Source of the DNA: Clostridia bacterium
Lineage (GTDB): Bacteria; Bacillota; Clostridia; Monoglobales; Monoglobaceae
Length of the DNA: 64,000 nucleotides
Assembly: GCA_045614945.1 (NCBI GenBank)
Contig: JAZLDW010000026.1
Location: forward strand, 31,811 to 95,810
Direction of reading: 5' to 3'
In this document: positions 1 through 10,200 of the stretch, piece by piece
How the letters are laid out: every line of letters starts with the position of its first letter
Position numbering within the stretch: position 1 is the stretch's first letter
The notes under the pieces: model-generated
Seen by the model: only the letters and a program-made list of their open reading frames with translations
What the model was told of the DNA's origin: nothing
The model's database searches: none
Made by a program: the position numbers and the translations under genes

Positions 1-1117
1 GACGGCGTCCTGATTCGTCAGGCTCTCCAAGTTCCATTCTTACGCATTCTACCTGCCTTGTCCAACCGTCCTCTGTCCCGAGAATTCTTACTGGATTACA
101 AAGAAGACAAAAGTTTATCCCCTCTTCTTTTGCATGGTGAATTTCCTCTAGTCTTGCGGGCATTTCTTCTTCGCTTCTTCTGTATACAATACTTACATTT
201 TCAGCTCCGAGACGCTTCGCGCTTCTTGCCGCATCCATCGCAACATTTCCGCCGCCGACAATTACAACATTTTTGCCAACATAAATTGGGGTATCAAAAT
301 CAGGGAATCGATAAGCTTTCATAAGGTTTATACGAGTTAAAAATTCGTTTGCTGAATATACACCGTTTAAATCCTCGCCATCTATCTTCATAAAACTCGG
401 CAGACCCGCTCCGGTGCCAACAAACACCGCATCAAATCCCTCGTCCGTCAAAAGCTCGTCAATAGATAGTACCTTGCCAATAACCATATCTGTGTATATT
501 TTAACTCCAAGGCTTTCAAGCTTTGAAATCTCTGTCTTAACGATATCCTTAGGGAGTCTGAATTCAGGGATTCCATATACCAAAACCCCTCCGGGAGTGT
601 GGAATGCTTCAAAAACCGATACCTCGTATCCCAGCTTTGCAAGATCGCCCGCACAAGTAAGACCTGCAGGGCCTGCGCCGACAACTGCAACCTTTTTACC
701 ATTGGGCTGCGGCGCAACTACATCATCTCCACCGTTTGCCATATACCAGTCAGCAACAAATCTCTCAAGTCTACCAATTGCAACAGGCTCTCCTTTGATG
801 CCTCTTACGCAATACTTTTCGCACTGGGTCTCCTGTGGGCAAACCCTTCCGCACACCGCAGGAAGCGAACTCGTCTCCTGAATCTTGTAATATGCCTCTT
901 TAAACTTACCCTCTGCAACAAGTGCAATAAACTCAGGGATTTTTACAAACACAGGGCATCCACTGATGCATGGCTTGTGCTTACACTGAAGGCAACGCTG
1001 CGCCTCTTCTATCGCCATCTCCTCAGTATAACCTGTTGCAACCTCTAAAAAGTTTTTGTTTCTAACATCAGGTGCCTGTTCTGGCATGGGAACTCTACTC
1101 GGCGACATATTAGGCAT
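1..1117 (-). CDS. nfnB: GltD-like NADPH oxidoreductase / NfnB-type subunit; only the 5' part of the gene is here, the C-terminus lies beyond the window start
   Basis: Absent from the ORF track because it runs off the window edge. My minus-strand translation from ATG 1117 gives MPNMSPSRVPMPEQAPDVRNKNFLEVATGYTEEMAIEEAQRCLQCKHKPCISGCPV...KKVAVVGAGPAGLTCAGDLAKLGYEVSVFEAFHTPGGVLVYGIPEFRLPK. That is a Cys cluster followed by a GxGxxG dinucleotide fold. It overlaps the nfnA stop by 8 nt. Confidence 0.85.
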   Translation of the reverse strand, partial: MPNMSPSRVPMPEQAPDVRNKNFLEVATGYTEEMAIEEAQRCLQCKHKPCISGCPVFVKIPEFIALVAEGKFKEAYYKIQETSSLPAVCGRVCPQETQCEKYCVRGIKGEPVAIGRLERFVADWYMANGGDDVVAPQPNGKKVAVVGAGPAGLTCAGDLAKLGYEVSVFEAFHTPGGVLVYGIPEFRLPKDIVKTEISKLESLGVKIYTDMVIGKVLSIDELLTDEGFDAVFVGTGAGLPSFMKIDGEDLNGVYSANEFLTRINLMKAYRFPDFDTPIYVGKNVVIVGGGNVAMDAARSAKRLGAENVSIVYRRSEEEMPARLEEIHHAKEEGINFCLLCNPVRILGTEDGWTRQVECVRMELGEPDESGRR

Positions 1118-1955
1118 TTGTCATCCCCTCCATTCTGCACTTATGTTTTTCTCTTGACATCTGTTCTTCTTTAGCATACATCTTCGACCTACGTATTGCT
1201 TGATCAAAATCTACAAGATGACCATCAAAGTCAGGGCCGTCAACACACGCAAACTTTGTCTCTCCACCAACGGTTACGCGACATCCGCCACACATACCTG
1301 TACCGTCTATCATAACCGGGTTCATACTTACTATTGTTTTGATGCCATACTCACGGGTCAGGTCACAAACCGCCTTCATCATCACAAGAGGACCGATTGC
1401 AATTACAATATCATATTTTTTGCCAGACTTTATAAGCTCTTCGAGTTTTGTAGTAACAAAGCCCTTATTGCCATTAGACCCGTCATCGGTCATTGTGTAA
1501 AGATTTGTGCACGCCGCACGGCACTCGTCCTCAATAATTATAAAGTCCTGATTTCTGAAGCCATTTATCATATCAACACAAACACCCATAGAGTGAAGCT
1601 TTTTAGCCTGAGGATATGCAATCGCAGTTCCAAGACCACCGCCAATGATTGCAGCGCTCTCTACACCCTCAAAATGAGACGCAGTACCAAGAGGGCCAAC
1701 AAAATCAAGGATAGCGTCTCCTTCTTCAAGCTCATTTAATCTCTCTGTTGTCGCACCAACAACCTGAAATATAATTGTGACTGTTCCTCTTTCTCTGTTA
1801 TAATCTGCTATGGTAAAGGGTACTCTTTCCCCCTCTTCATCAATTCTTAATATTATAAACTGTCCGGGTTCTGCTTTTTTTGCAATATATTTTGCATCAA
1901 CCTCTATCAAAGACACCGACGGATTAAGCACTTCTTTTTTCAATATCTTAAACAT
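1110..1955 (-). CDS. nfnA: Ferredoxin-NADP reductase / sulfide dehydrogenase-type small subunit (PyrK-like FAD + 2Fe-2S)
   Basis: 281 aa. It has a PyrK-like FAD/NAD fold (RVPFTIADY, GGGLGTA) and a C-terminal CGGC...C cluster (MCGGCRVTVGGETKFACVDGP). It is translationally coupled to the GltD-like gene downstream. Confidence 0.85.
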   Translation of the reverse strand: MFKILKKEVLNPSVSLIEVDAKYIAKKAEPGQFIILRIDEEGERVPFTIADYNRERGTVTIIFQVVGATTERLNELEEGDAILDFVGPLGTASHFEGVESAAIIGGGLGTAIAYPQAKKLHSMGVCVDMINGFRNQDFIIIEDECRAACTNLYTMTDDGSNGNKGFVTTKLEELIKSGKKYDIVIAIGPLVMMKAVCDLTREYGIKTIVSMNPVMIDGTGMCGGCRVTVGGETKFACVDGPDFDGHLVDFDQAIRRSKMYAKEEQMSREKHKCRMEGMTNA

Positions 1956-2046
1956 ATTTATGCCCCTCTCTTATCTGTCTACAATGTCGAGGCCTTTCGA
2001 ATTTCGCCTATTTACCCATTGTGATATAACTAGTTTATTTTATCAT

Positions 2047-2092
2047 AAAAAAAAGAAAAAGGCAAGAATTTTTACACATATTTTCTTGCCTC
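2047..2092 (-). terminator. Intrinsic terminator after holA
   Basis: Stem GGCAAGAA 2061-2068 pairs with TTCTTGCC 2083-2090. The plus-strand A-run 2047-2060 gives a U-tract on the minus strand. Confidence 0.7.
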
Positions 2093-2116
2093 TTTCTATT
2101 TTTATTATTCAAATCT

Positions 2117-3136
2117 CTATTTTGTAAGTTCTGCAAGGTAAAGTTCAACTGCCGACCACGCCGTCATTCTGCCTTGCTTGAATTCTACATCGTAGTATAG
2201 CCCCTTATCTATCATTCTTTTTAAATATTTTTCGCCAAATCTGCGGCTTTCATCTATAATTTTGTTGATAGCAAATGTAGGCCTTTTAAAATCAAAATAT
2301 CCTGCAATTTCATTTGATGATAATCCATCCTCTTTTAGAAGCTTACACATTAAAAGCTCAGACAGACGCGACATCATAAGCCCAAGAATATATGAGGGAT
2401 CCTCTCTTGCCACATCGCGTAGATACTTCATTTGTTCATACGCCTTCGCACCACGATTTGATACAACATTATCGAGCATATCATACACTCTGTACTCAAC
2501 CGTTTTTTCAACTACCTCGTCTATGTCCTCTCGGGTTATCTTTAGCCTATCACCTATATATCCTACAAGTTTTTCGCTCTCTTTTGAAAGGTTGCCAAGC
2601 GACTGACCGCAAAGATTTATAAGGTATTTTATGTCCTTATCAAGAACTGTCTTTCCTTCTTTTTTGAAAAATTCCGAAAGCCACACCTCCAGCTTGTTTA
2701 CCGGCATATATTCAAAGTTTACAATACCGCCGTTTTCCTCAATAAACTCAATATTTTTCAGCTTCTTTTTATCAAAATTGCGTTCAACAATGACAAGACA
2801 TGTGTCATCATGGATATGCTCTGCCACACCCTTAATCAGTTTAAAATCCGAGAGTGTTGCATTATTTAAAATCCCTGTATTTTTTACGATTATCAGCTTC
2901 TTTTCTGACATCTGCGGAAACTGATCAACTGCTGTGAGGATTTCTGACACAGGAACTTTATCTCCCTCAAACTTGAATAGGTTGAAAACCTCTGTCCCAG
3001 GGGCAACAATCTTCTTACAGATTGCTTCTATTTTTTTCTCAAGAAGATACCACTCCTCTCCATAGAAGAAGTATATTCCTGATATTTTACCGCTTTTAAT
3101 AAGGGAATTTAACTCCTCAATCTTCATATTCCTCAC
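2117..3136 (-). CDS. holA: DNA polymerase III delta subunit
   Basis: 339 aa. The N-terminus GIYFFYGEEWYLLEKK and the overall layout are typical of HolA. It follows a comEC-type gene, the usual Firmicute synteny. Confidence 0.85.
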   Translation of the reverse strand: MRNMKIEELNSLIKSGKISGIYFFYGEEWYLLEKKIEAICKKIVAPGTEVFNLFKFEGDKVPVSEILTAVDQFPQMSEKKLIIVKNTGILNNATLSDFKLIKGVAEHIHDDTCLVIVERNFDKKKLKNIEFIEENGGIVNFEYMPVNKLEVWLSEFFKKEGKTVLDKDIKYLINLCGQSLGNLSKESEKLVGYIGDRLKITREDIDEVVEKTVEYRVYDMLDNVVSNRGAKAYEQMKYLRDVAREDPSYILGLMMSRLSELLMCKLLKEDGLSSNEIAGYFDFKRPTFAINKIIDESRRFGEKYLKRMIDKGLYYDVEFKQGRMTAWSAVELYLAELTK

Positions 3137-4016
3137 TCCTCTCCCGACTTGCAGTTATGTTTTTTATGTCATCTTCGGTCATTATTATCGATATGGTTCC
3201 GTCATAATCTGTCCTCATTACAGGAATATCAAGTTTGTCTATTGTTTTCATCGTTTGCTTCGAAGGATGTCCGTATCGATTATCCTTGCCAACGCTGATT
3301 ATTGCAAGGCTTGGGCTTACCTTCCTCAAAAACTCCTCCCCCGATGATGTATAAGAGCCATGATGTCCAATCTTTAAGAAATCGACATCTATATCATCTC
3401 TTCCAAGGAGTGTCGTCTCAACCTTTCTGGTTGCATCTCCTGTGAACAAAAATGAATTTTCACCGTAGTCCATACGAATTATAAGTGAATTATCATTCTC
3501 ATCACTCTCTCCGTCATAGCCCGATGATACAACCTTAAATTTGAGGTTGTCTATCTCAACCCCGTCCTCGTCACGAAGCAGTTTTATTTCAACTCCGCGT
3601 CTGTGCGCAAGGCTTTTAATTTCTCCGTAATTATCGTTTTCCGGGGCCTTTTCAGACATATATATTGTCCCTATCGGATAAAAATTCTCCATCAGCTCGA
3701 GTATTCCTTCGGTATGGTCATCATGAATATGAGAAATAAAAACTGCATCAAGATCGGTCGTTGAGTGCTTTCTTAAAAACGACTTTAAAATATATTTGCC
3801 CGAACCATCATCTCCCCCGTCGATTAAAACGGTATCGCCTTGATCGCTCTTTATAAAACAGGAATCTCCTTGCCCCACATCTATAAAGCATACCTCCGTG
3901 TAGCCACAGTCAACAAAAGAAATATAGGCAGCACAAATTACGAGAATCACAGCGATTCCCCACAGTGCTATAAGTGTTATTTTTTTCTTTCTGCTCACGG
4001 CCTGCAACTCCCACAA
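3117..4016 (-). CDS. ComEC/Rec2-related membrane-anchored metallo-beta-lactamase domain protein (MBL module only)
   Basis: 299 aa. One N-terminal TM helix, then DVGQGDS and HIHDDH (HxHxDH) MBL motifs and GHHGS. It overlaps holA by 20 nt. Confidence 0.75.
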   Translation of the reverse strand: MWELQAVSRKKKITLIALWGIAVILVICAAYISFVDCGYTEVCFIDVGQGDSCFIKSDQGDTVLIDGGDDGSGKYILKSFLRKHSTTDLDAVFISHIHDDHTEGILELMENFYPIGTIYMSEKAPENDNYGEIKSLAHRRGVEIKLLRDEDGVEIDNLKFKVVSSGYDGESDENDNSLIIRMDYGENSFLFTGDATRKVETTLLGRDDIDVDFLKIGHHGSYTSSGEEFLRKVSPSLAIISVGKDNRYGHPSKQTMKTIDKLDIPVMRTDYDGTISIIMTEDDIKNITASRERSEEYED

Positions 4017-4054
4017 AAAAAGTATCTTACGCTAAATCAATTATACCACTAATT

Positions 4055-4092
4055 TTAAAAAAGACAATGTTTTTTTAACATTGTCTTTTTTG
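4055..4092. terminator. Bidirectional intrinsic terminator
   Basis: Perfect 11-bp stem AAGACAATGTT 4061-4071 / AACATTGTCTT 4077-4087 with a TTTTT loop, flanked by A- and T-runs. It lies just downstream of the 4126 stop on the minus strand. Confidence 0.8.
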
Positions 4093-4125
4093 CAGGTGTT
4101 TCAAAAATCTTTCAAGCCCCCATTT

Positions 4126-5151
4126 TTATATACTGGAGTTTCTTTCAAAATTTTCTGTGCCTTTTTTATAGATTTCGCATATCAATTTCTGAATTTTCAA
4201 CGCTTCTCTGCCACTTATTGTAGGCTCTATATCTTTCTCTACTGCGTTATAGAAATCTGCGATTTCACGGATGTGCTGAAATCCCCAATAATCCTTTCCG
4301 TTTTCGTAAACAACATCAGGGTCTATGGTTGTCTTCGCAGTAAAGCGCTGTCCGTCATTTAATACAATTTCCGCGTTGTCATAATCCATGATTACCTTAC
4401 CGTTTTCGCAAAGAAGCCTGATTTCAATCGGCTCATCACAGCCATAGTTGTTCATCGCCCAGAAACCTAGTGTTGCACCGCCCTTGTATTTTACAAATCC
4501 CTCTGCAGTGTCATCAACCTCCATTATAGAGTGGCCTCGATTTGACATGTGCGCCTGAACACTCTCGATTTCGTCATCTATAAACCAGTTTGCCAAATCA
4601 ATAGAATGTATAGCCTGGTCTATCAGAACGCCGCCGCCTTCTTTTTCCCATGTACCTTTCCAATCAGAGAGGCTATAGTACTCATCGGGCTTACACCATG
4701 TCAATACAACTCTTGCAGAGATTATCTTACCAAGTGTGCCATCTTCCAGCTTTTGCTTAACAAGCTTAGCAGAGTCATTATATCTACATTGAAAAATTAT
4801 ACCGTATTTAACATTGTTTTTCTGCGCGAGTTCAACATTTTCAAGTGCATCCTCGTATTTAATGCTCATTGGTTTTTCGCAAAGAACATTAACGCCAGCT
4901 TCTATTGCATATTTTGATATAATTGGGTGAAGATAATGCGGTACACAAACATGTACAACATCAATGTTGTCCTTGTTGATTAGCTCTTTGTAATCATAGT
5001 ATGCTTTGCAATTATATTTTTCTGCAGCCTTGTCTGCCCTGTCCTTCTTTATGTCACATACTCCTACTATCTGCGCGTTTTCAAGATGTTCTGCACTTGT
5101 CGCGTGCATAGTAAAAATACATCCGCATCCAACAATTCCAACTCTAAGCAT
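4126..5151 (-). CDS. Gfo/Idh/MocA family NAD(P)-dependent oxidoreductase
   Basis: MLRVGIVGCGCIF Rossmann N-terminus and an EKP motif (CEKPMS). I prefer the start at M10 (ATG 5151), which overlaps the upstream stop by 8 nt (ATGCTTAG). Confidence 0.85.
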   Translation of the reverse strand: MLRVGIVGCGCIFTMHATSAEHLENAQIVGVCDIKKDRADKAAEKYNCKAYYDYKELINKDNIDVVHVCVPHYLHPIISKYAIEAGVNVLCEKPMSIKYEDALENVELAQKNNVKYGIIFQCRYNDSAKLVKQKLEDGTLGKIISARVVLTWCKPDEYYSLSDWKGTWEKEGGGVLIDQAIHSIDLANWFIDDEIESVQAHMSNRGHSIMEVDDTAEGFVKYKGGATLGFWAMNNYGCDEPIEIRLLCENGKVIMDYDNAEIVLNDGQRFTAKTTIDPDVVYENGKDYWGFQHIREIADFYNAVEKDIEPTISGREALKIQKLICEIYKKGTENFERNSSI

Positions 5152-6124
5152 TTCTGATTTCCTCCAGAACATAAACAAGAGACTCTACGCCATCACAAAG
5201 TGTTGCTTTTTCAATTTTTGCATTCTGCTTTGCGCAATCTGTAAAGTACACAAGCTCGTTGTAATATCCGCCAAGGTCTGATACATTACCTCCCTCAAAA
5301 CCACCTGAGAGGTTTTCAACCTTTTCAATTTTAATTTCTTCTGCTGAGTTTTCCGTGTAAAGCATAAACTTGCCACCACTATTCTCAACCGTACCCTTTT
5401 CAAACACAACTCTGAATGTTGCCTCAAATGGATGAGTTCCAGGAAGGCCCCATGTTCCTTCAACGGTTGTAACAAAATCGTCATACGACAAGAGAGAGTT
5501 TATATAGGAGTTTGCCTCGCCTATAATATTTTTAACCGATGCAATCTTGTTTGGCTTTCCAAACAGCGACAACACATAATCCATATCATGAATATGAAGA
5601 TCCTGCGCTGCGCCACCAGAGAGTTCTTCCTTCAAGAGCCAGTCATTCCATCCCCATGTCGGAACAGGACTAATTCTGCGGAAGTTTGCATTAACAATCT
5701 TGCCGTAGGTGCCTGCCTTTACGATTTCAGCAAGCTTAACATACTCATCCCAGAATCTTATAACCTGACCTATCTGTACGTTACATCCTGTCTCCTCTGC
5801 CTTTTTAATCATCTGTTCACCCTGCTGAGCTGTTAATGCAACAGGTTTTTCAACAAAGAGATACTTTACCTTGTCCATAGCCGCCATTGCATACTCTGCA
5901 TGTAGGTATGTGGGAAGACAAATGTCTATAATATCAACATCTGCATTCTCAATAAGATCTTTACCGTCACCATATATAACCGCATTCGTACCTTCTGCCA
6001 ACTTCTCGGCGTTTTCTTTTCTCAAATCTGCAAGGGCAACTATCTCAACATCTGCTATGTTCTTATAGCAGTTAATATGCATCGTTCCCATAAATCCGCA
6101 GCCAATAAGACCTACTTTTAACAT
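5144..6124 (-). CDS. Gfo/Idh/MocA family NAD(P)-dependent oxidoreductase
   Basis: MLKVGLIGCGFMG Rossmann N-terminus and an EKP motif (VEKPVA). 326 aa. Confidence 0.85.
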   Translation of the reverse strand: MLKVGLIGCGFMGTMHINCYKNIADVEIVALADLRKENAEKLAEGTNAVIYGDGKDLIENADVDIIDICLPTYLHAEYAMAAMDKVKYLFVEKPVALTAQQGEQMIKKAEETGCNVQIGQVIRFWDEYVKLAEIVKAGTYGKIVNANFRRISPVPTWGWNDWLLKEELSGGAAQDLHIHDMDYVLSLFGKPNKIASVKNIIGEANSYINSLLSYDDFVTTVEGTWGLPGTHPFEATFRVVFEKGTVENSGGKFMLYTENSAEEIKIEKVENLSGGFEGGNVSDLGGYYNELVYFTDCAKQNAKIEKATLCDGVESLVYVLEEIRNA

Positions 6125-6138
6125 ATAAATTCCTCCTT

Positions 6139-6978
6139 TTACTTTCTGCCTAAGATTTTATCCATTGAGTTGGATGTGTTATACAAAATGGTTTCAGGAT
6201 ACTGAGCATATGGCGGAAGCATTTCTGCCGTTGCCCATCCATCATAACCAATATTGTCCAAAGCTTTCTTAACACCGATATAATCAATGTCACCCGCAAG
6301 TAAATCAACAAAGCCATCAAGAGATCCTACATTTCTTCTGTAGTCCTTAAAGTGTACCTTCTTAATTCTCTTGTTGAGTATCTTTATCCAATGCTCAGGA
6401 TATCCACTGTAAAGCACATTTCCTACATCAAAATACGAACCAACATAATCAGAATTTATCTCGTCGATAAAATTACGCATTTCAAGCGGTGAGAGCAAGA
6501 ACTTGTTCCATACATTTTCAACGCCGATTGAAACCTTTAACTCTTCAGCATAAGGCGCGAGTTCTTTAAGAGCAGAAACCGCTCTTTCATATGCAACATC
6601 ATACTCAATAGTCTCGCTCTGTGGGTCAAAGATAACATTAACCGCACCGGGAACCACCAGTATAGTGTCACATCCGAGCCACGCCGCAACCTCAAGCTGC
6701 TTCTTTGTAATCTCTTTTGCTTTTTGTCTGTTTTCCTCTTTGTCAGAAGTATAGTTGTATGTCCAGTATAGGCCTGAAGCAACGCTATAAAGTTCTATTC
6801 CGGCTTCTTCCGCGATCTTTTTTACTTCTAAAATTTCTTCTTTTGTAGACTCAAGTGACACCGGACCCTTTTCGTCAAGCGCAACCTCAACACCATCAAA
6901 ACCCGCATCTTTGGCAAGTTCAAAACACTTCTTCAGATCGGGTTCTGCAAATGACCATATGCTTATACCTTTTTTCAT
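6139..6978 (-). CDS. Sugar phosphate isomerase/epimerase (xylose isomerase-like TIM barrel)
   Basis: 279 aa. GFDGVE, VENVWN, FDVGN and VHFKD are spaced as in AP-endonuclease-2/xylose-isomerase-like TIM barrels. It is the first gene of a 3-gene minus-strand operon. Confidence 0.8.
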   Translation of the reverse strand: MKKGISIWSFAEPDLKKCFELAKDAGFDGVEVALDEKGPVSLESTKEEILEVKKIAEEAGIELYSVASGLYWTYNYTSDKEENRQKAKEITKKQLEVAAWLGCDTILVVPGAVNVIFDPQSETIEYDVAYERAVSALKELAPYAEELKVSIGVENVWNKFLLSPLEMRNFIDEINSDYVGSYFDVGNVLYSGYPEHWIKILNKRIKKVHFKDYRRNVGSLDGFVDLLAGDIDYIGVKKALDNIGYDGWATAEMLPPYAQYPETILYNTSNSMDKILGRK

Positions 6979-7205
6979 TTTAACAACCTCCTTTTTTATT
7001 ACTTCTATAATAAAATAAATGTGTAAATATTGTAATATATTTTTTTACCTTAAAAGTACACTTTTGTAAACAAAACACCTCTTGTAAAAAGTCAGAATAT
7101 GTAAAACATCTTGGTTTTGACGCTGAATATACTACTGTAAAAAACTGTTGATTTGTATAAATAGCATAAATGCCTAAATATTTGCAAGAAAAAAGCAATT
7201 TTCCC

Positions 7206-7234
7206 TTTACAAATAATCAAATTTGTTATACAAT
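7206..7234 (+). promoter_or_regulatory. Sigma-A type promoter for ileS
   Basis: TTTACA 7206-7211, 17-nt spacer, TACAAT 7229-7234, about 40 nt upstream of the ileS ATG. Confidence 0.55.
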
Positions 7235-7275
7235 AATTAGGTATGTAAACTTATAGAAAATGGAGGTCTTTTTCT

Positions 7276-10200
7276 ATGTATCGAAAGGTATCGACAGATC
7301 TTTCTTTTGTTGAGCAAGAGAAACGAATCGTTAAATTCTGGAAAGAAAACGACATATTCAGAAAGAGTATAGAAAATCGTGAAGATTGTGAGATTTTTAC
7401 CTTTTTTGACGGTCCTCCGACTGCCAATGGCAAGCCTCACATCGGTCATGTTTTGACTCGTGCAATAAAGGACTTGATTCCACGCTACCGCACAATGAAG
7501 GGCTACAAGGTTCTTCGTAAAGCAGGTTGGGATACTCATGGTCTTCCAGTTGAACTTGAGGTTGAAAAAGCCCTCGGCATCAGCGGTAAGCCTGAGATTG
7601 AAAAGTATGGCATCGAGGACTTTATTAAAAAATGTAAGGACAGCGTTTTCACCTATCAGAGCGAGTGGGAGGAAATGAGCGACCGTGTCGGTTTCTGGGC
7701 TGATATGGATGACCCGTATGTTACCTACCACAATGACTATATCGAATCAGTTTGGTGGGCACTTCGTCAGATTTGGGATAAAGACCTTTTATACAAAGGT
7801 CATAAAATTATGCCATACTGTCCCCGCTGCGGCACTTCGCTTTCAAGCCACGAGGTTGCACAGGGCTACAAGGATGTAAAGGAAAATTCTCTTATTGCAA
7901 AGTTCCCCGTAAAGGATGCAGATAATGAGTTTATTCTCGCGTGGACAACCACCCCATGGACACTTCCGTCAAACATTGCACTTTGTGTAAACCCATATGA
8001 AAAGTATGTTAAGTTCACAGCGCAGGACGGCACAAAATATATCATGGCAGAGGCTCTTATCAAGTCAGTCTTTGGCGACGAAGATGTTGAAATCACAGAC
8101 ACCTATGTCGGCAATGACTTAGTTGGGCTTGAGTATGTTCCTCTCTATAATTTTATTGAGCCTGACGGCAAAGCACATTACATTATATCCGATACCTATG
8201 TTACTATGGACGATGGTACAGGTATTGTTCACATCGCACCAGCTTTTGGTGAGGACGACTCACGAGTTTGCAAAGAAAATGGACTACCCTTCATTAACCA
8301 TGTAAATCTTCAGGGTAACTTTGTAGAGGCAACAGGCGAGTGGAGCGGCACCTTTGTAAAGGATGCCGATAAGCTCGTTATCCGTGACCTTAAGGAGAGA
8401 AATCAGTGCTTCTCGGTTATTCCGTTTGAGCACAGCTACCCATTCTGTTGGAGATGTGATACACCTCTTCTTTATTACGCTTGTGATACTTGGTTTATCA
8501 AGATGACCGCTGTACGCGACAGACTTCTTGCCAACAACGAAAAAGTGAACTGGCTGCCCGACAACATCAAGCACGGCCGTTTTGGTAACTTCCTCGAAAA
8601 TATTATTGACTGGGGTCTCTCTCGTACTCGTTACTGGGGTACACCTCTGCCTATATGGGAGTGTTCTTGCGGACACAAACATGTTATAGGCTCTATTGCA
8701 GAACTTAAAGAGATGGGCATCAACTGTCCTGATGATATTGAACTTCATAAGCCATATGTTGATAATGTTCTTCTAAAGTGTGAAAAGTGCGGCGGCGAAA
8801 TGAAGCGTGTGCCAGAAGTTATCGACTGTTGGTTTGACTCAGGCTCTATGCCTTTTGCACAGTGGCACTATCCATTTGAAAACAAAGATAAATTTGAGCA
8901 GAACTTCCCTGCCGACTTTATCAGCGAAGCAATCGATCAGACTCGTGGTTGGTTCTATACTCTTATGGCAATCTCCACTTTACTCTTTGACGACGCGCCA
9001 TATAAGAATGTAGTTGTTCTTGGTCATGTTCAGGATGACAAGGGCATAAAGATGAGCAAACATAAAGGCAATGTAATTTTGCCTATGGATATACTCAATG
9101 ACCAGGGTAGCGACGCGGTTAGATGGTACTTCTACTCCAATTCTGCTCCGTGGCTCCCCAATCGTTTCTCGGCAAAGAATGTATCAGAGTCACAGCGCAA
9201 GTTCCTGGGCACACTATGGAACACATATGCGTTCTATGTGCTCTATGCAAACATAGACAAATTTGACCCAACAAAGTACAGTCTTGACACAGAAAAGCTT
9301 ACAGTTCTTGATAAGTGGATTTTATCAAAGCTCAATAACCTTATTAAAGTTGTTGACAACTACCTTGAGAACTATAAGATTACCGAGGCAACCCGCGCAA
9401 TGACAGACTTTGTAGACGAACTCAGTAACTGGTATGTTCGCCGCAGCCGTACAAGGTTCTGGGCGAGCGAGCTTACAGATGACAAGGTTAGTGCATATAT
9501 GACGCTCTACACCGTTTTGGTTGAGTTCTCAAAAATTTGCGCACCTTTCATTCCATTTATGACAGAGGAGATTTATAACAACCTTGTTGTTTCTGTTGAC
9601 AAGAATGCTCCTCAGAGTGTTCACATGTGTGACTTCCCTAAATACAACGAGTCACTCAGCTTCCCTGAGATTGAGGCAGATATGGACGCAATTGCAAAGA
9701 TTGTCAACCTGGGTCGTGCTGCAAGAAACGAAGCAAACATCAAAAACAGACAGCCACTTTCTAAGGTATTTGTTCAGGCAGAGGCTGAAATTAACAAGGC
9801 TTATGCGGATATAATTCTTGAAGAGCTTAACATCAAAGATGTTGAGTTTACAAATGACGCTTCATCCTTTATCAGTTATAACTTTAAACCGCAGATGCGC
9901 ACAATGGGTCCAAAATACGGCAAACTTATGCGTCCTATCTTTGATGCAATCGCAACTCTTGATTCAGCATCGGTTATGGCAACCTTGAATAGCGGCGAGG
10001 CACTTAAACTTACAGTTGAGGGCACAGATGTAGAAATCTTCAAGGAAGATGTACTTGTTGACACTCAGCAAAAAGACGGCTTTGTTGCATCTGCAGACAA
10101 CGGTTTTACCGTTGTTCTTGACACAAATCTTACAGACGCACTTATTGAAGAGGGCTTTGTACGAGAGATTATAAGCAAGATTCAGACAATGCGTAAAGAC

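Noticed and set aside
414-1048. Two overlapping plus-strand ORFs (155 and 149 aa) at the window start
   Set aside because: Both are antisense to the unlisted but well-supported GltD/NfnB-like gene that runs off the window edge (1-1117, minus strand).
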